Shown here: positions 62,801 to 64,000 of the stretch, in pieces
How positions within the stretch are numbered: the first letter of the stretch is position 1
Layout of the letters: each line of letters starts with the position of its first letter
Assembly (NCBI GenBank): GCA_030704615.1
Contig: CM060732.1
Location: forward strand, 73,408,001-73,472,000
Reading direction: 5' to 3'
Source: Takakia lepidozioides
Taxonomy: Eukaryota > Plantae > Bryophyta
DNA: 64,000 nt
Notes under the pieces: model-generated
The model's database searches: none
What the model was told of the DNA's origin: nothing
What the model saw: only the letters and a program-made list of their open reading frames with translations
Position numbers and translations under genes: made by a program

Positions 62801-63720
62801 TTCATCTTGCCGGTATGGTGAAACCTGACATGGAAGGTATTTGATCAACTGTGCAGATATTTGTACAACGACTGAACCCCAGTTATAACTGATGATGATT
62901 TGATGTGTGTTGGGCAGTTTGGAGATCTCTTTTGGCTTTTGTTTGAAGTCCTCCCCTAGTAGCTGAGAAGACATCAATTGCAAGCTGACATATGCTGTGC
63001 TTTTTCCTGGCACTCCATTCTGCAGGAGCTGCCAGCCCTTGTTTGATAACAAGACCAAAACTCAAAACTCAAAATATCAAACTAGACACCCAGGTTCTAA
63101 GAAAGATGTTCTCATGTCAAATAACCACAAAGAAAAAAGCAATTCAAATGAAAATTTCATTACTTGGTGTGATGATGGTGGTCTAGTTCTTCCTGACGGT
63201 TTTTAGTAGAAAACAGACTTCTAAGCTACCAGCATTTTTCACACACCATCGTGTCACACCTATTCAGAGGCAAACCTCATGAATCATGAATCATACTACA
63301 GCCATTTACTGCCTAAAGTTGTACTAGTTGATTTGACCTAACTGCTGGAAAAGGCAGTGAAGGCTGTGTACATACCTACCTATTCCAAATAATTAACAAC
63401 AATTTCATGTTGGATGTCAAAATTGTACATTAAGTGCACTACATAGTGTTGACAGTTGATTACAACCCCGAAAATGGTTGCTACTAAGAGCTGATTATCA
63501 CAGGTCAGGACTCGCCTCCTCAGCAACGACATTGAGGGTGGCCTGCTCGCCATGTGACCTTTTCACCCGCATCACAAATGTAGTCCCAACTTTGTCCCCC
63601 AAAGCTTCCACAATCTGCTCCCAGACTCAGAGCAATTGTGCAAAGAGGATGAAGAGGGCTGGATAACGGAAGATTATAGATGCAATTTGCACTACATCCT
63701 TCCCTCTGTCTACATTGTGA
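59900..63720 (-). mobile_element. Possible highly degenerate L1-like LINE
   Basis: ~4 kb of stop-riddled sequence with strand bias and weak RT-like remnants (LIRGKP, WICLIK..GKEG). No intact motif. Confidence 0.35.
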
Positions 63721-63904
63721 ACGGAAACCATAGTGTTAAGGTCTAGTATGGCGATTTGGAGGAGGATTAAAGAGCAGAGTTCTAGGCCTATTGCCACTAG
63801 CACATTATGCCATTTGCACTAGCACATTATGAAACATAATATGTTTGATTAGGACTTGCAAGCCAATGAGAGGGCGGCAGACGCAATCCTTAATGCTATG
63901 GGAA

Positions 63905-63996
63905 GGGCCCCCCACATGCCATTATGGCGGTGTCGGCAGCAGCTCGCCCTCCGGCTCGCCACCACCTTACCCGCCACAATGGCACGTGTGGGGCCC
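63905..63996. repeat. GC-rich ~92-bp inverted repeat (tiny MITE or palindrome) at the window edge
   Basis: gggccccccacatgccattatggcgg ... ccgccacaatggcacgtgtggggccc. Confidence 0.75.
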
Positions 63997-64000
63997 ATTC

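Overview
This is eukaryotic nuclear DNA from a land plant, probably a non-seed or bryophyte-grade lineage. That assignment is inferred from GT-AG introns, Tcn1-like chromovirus remnants, RTE-X-like LINEs and PLS-PPR/DYW sequence style. The supplied prokaryote-style ORF track mostly captures single exons. Host genes: a ~22-exon GH31 heteroglycan glucosidase (HGL1-like, minus), a 3-exon ~296-aa plastid-targeted protein of unknown function (minus), an 8-exon ~1050-aa GH31 YihQ/sulfoquinovosidase-like gene (plus), a CNX2/MoaA copy with frame-disrupting lesions (minus), GDSL-lipase pseudogene fragments, and the first exon of a probable thylakoid-lumen protein. Most notable is a 5.7-kb non-autonomous DNA transposon (3044-8765; perfect 16-bp TIRs, 8-bp TSD GGCTTCGG) nested in an LTR retroelement. 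Its cargo is a scrambled gene joining OSB-type PDF ssDNA-binding motifs to PLS-PPR repeats and a DYW deaminase domain. Also present: a PIF/Harbinger element carrying a captured D27-like exon and a young 107-bp tandem array, two hAT MITEs, an RTE-X-like LINE family with TSD-bounded copies from 1.26 kb down to 43 bp, and a minimal hammerhead ribozyme motif (54711-54751). All calls were made by eye, and coordinates marked ~ are approximate.
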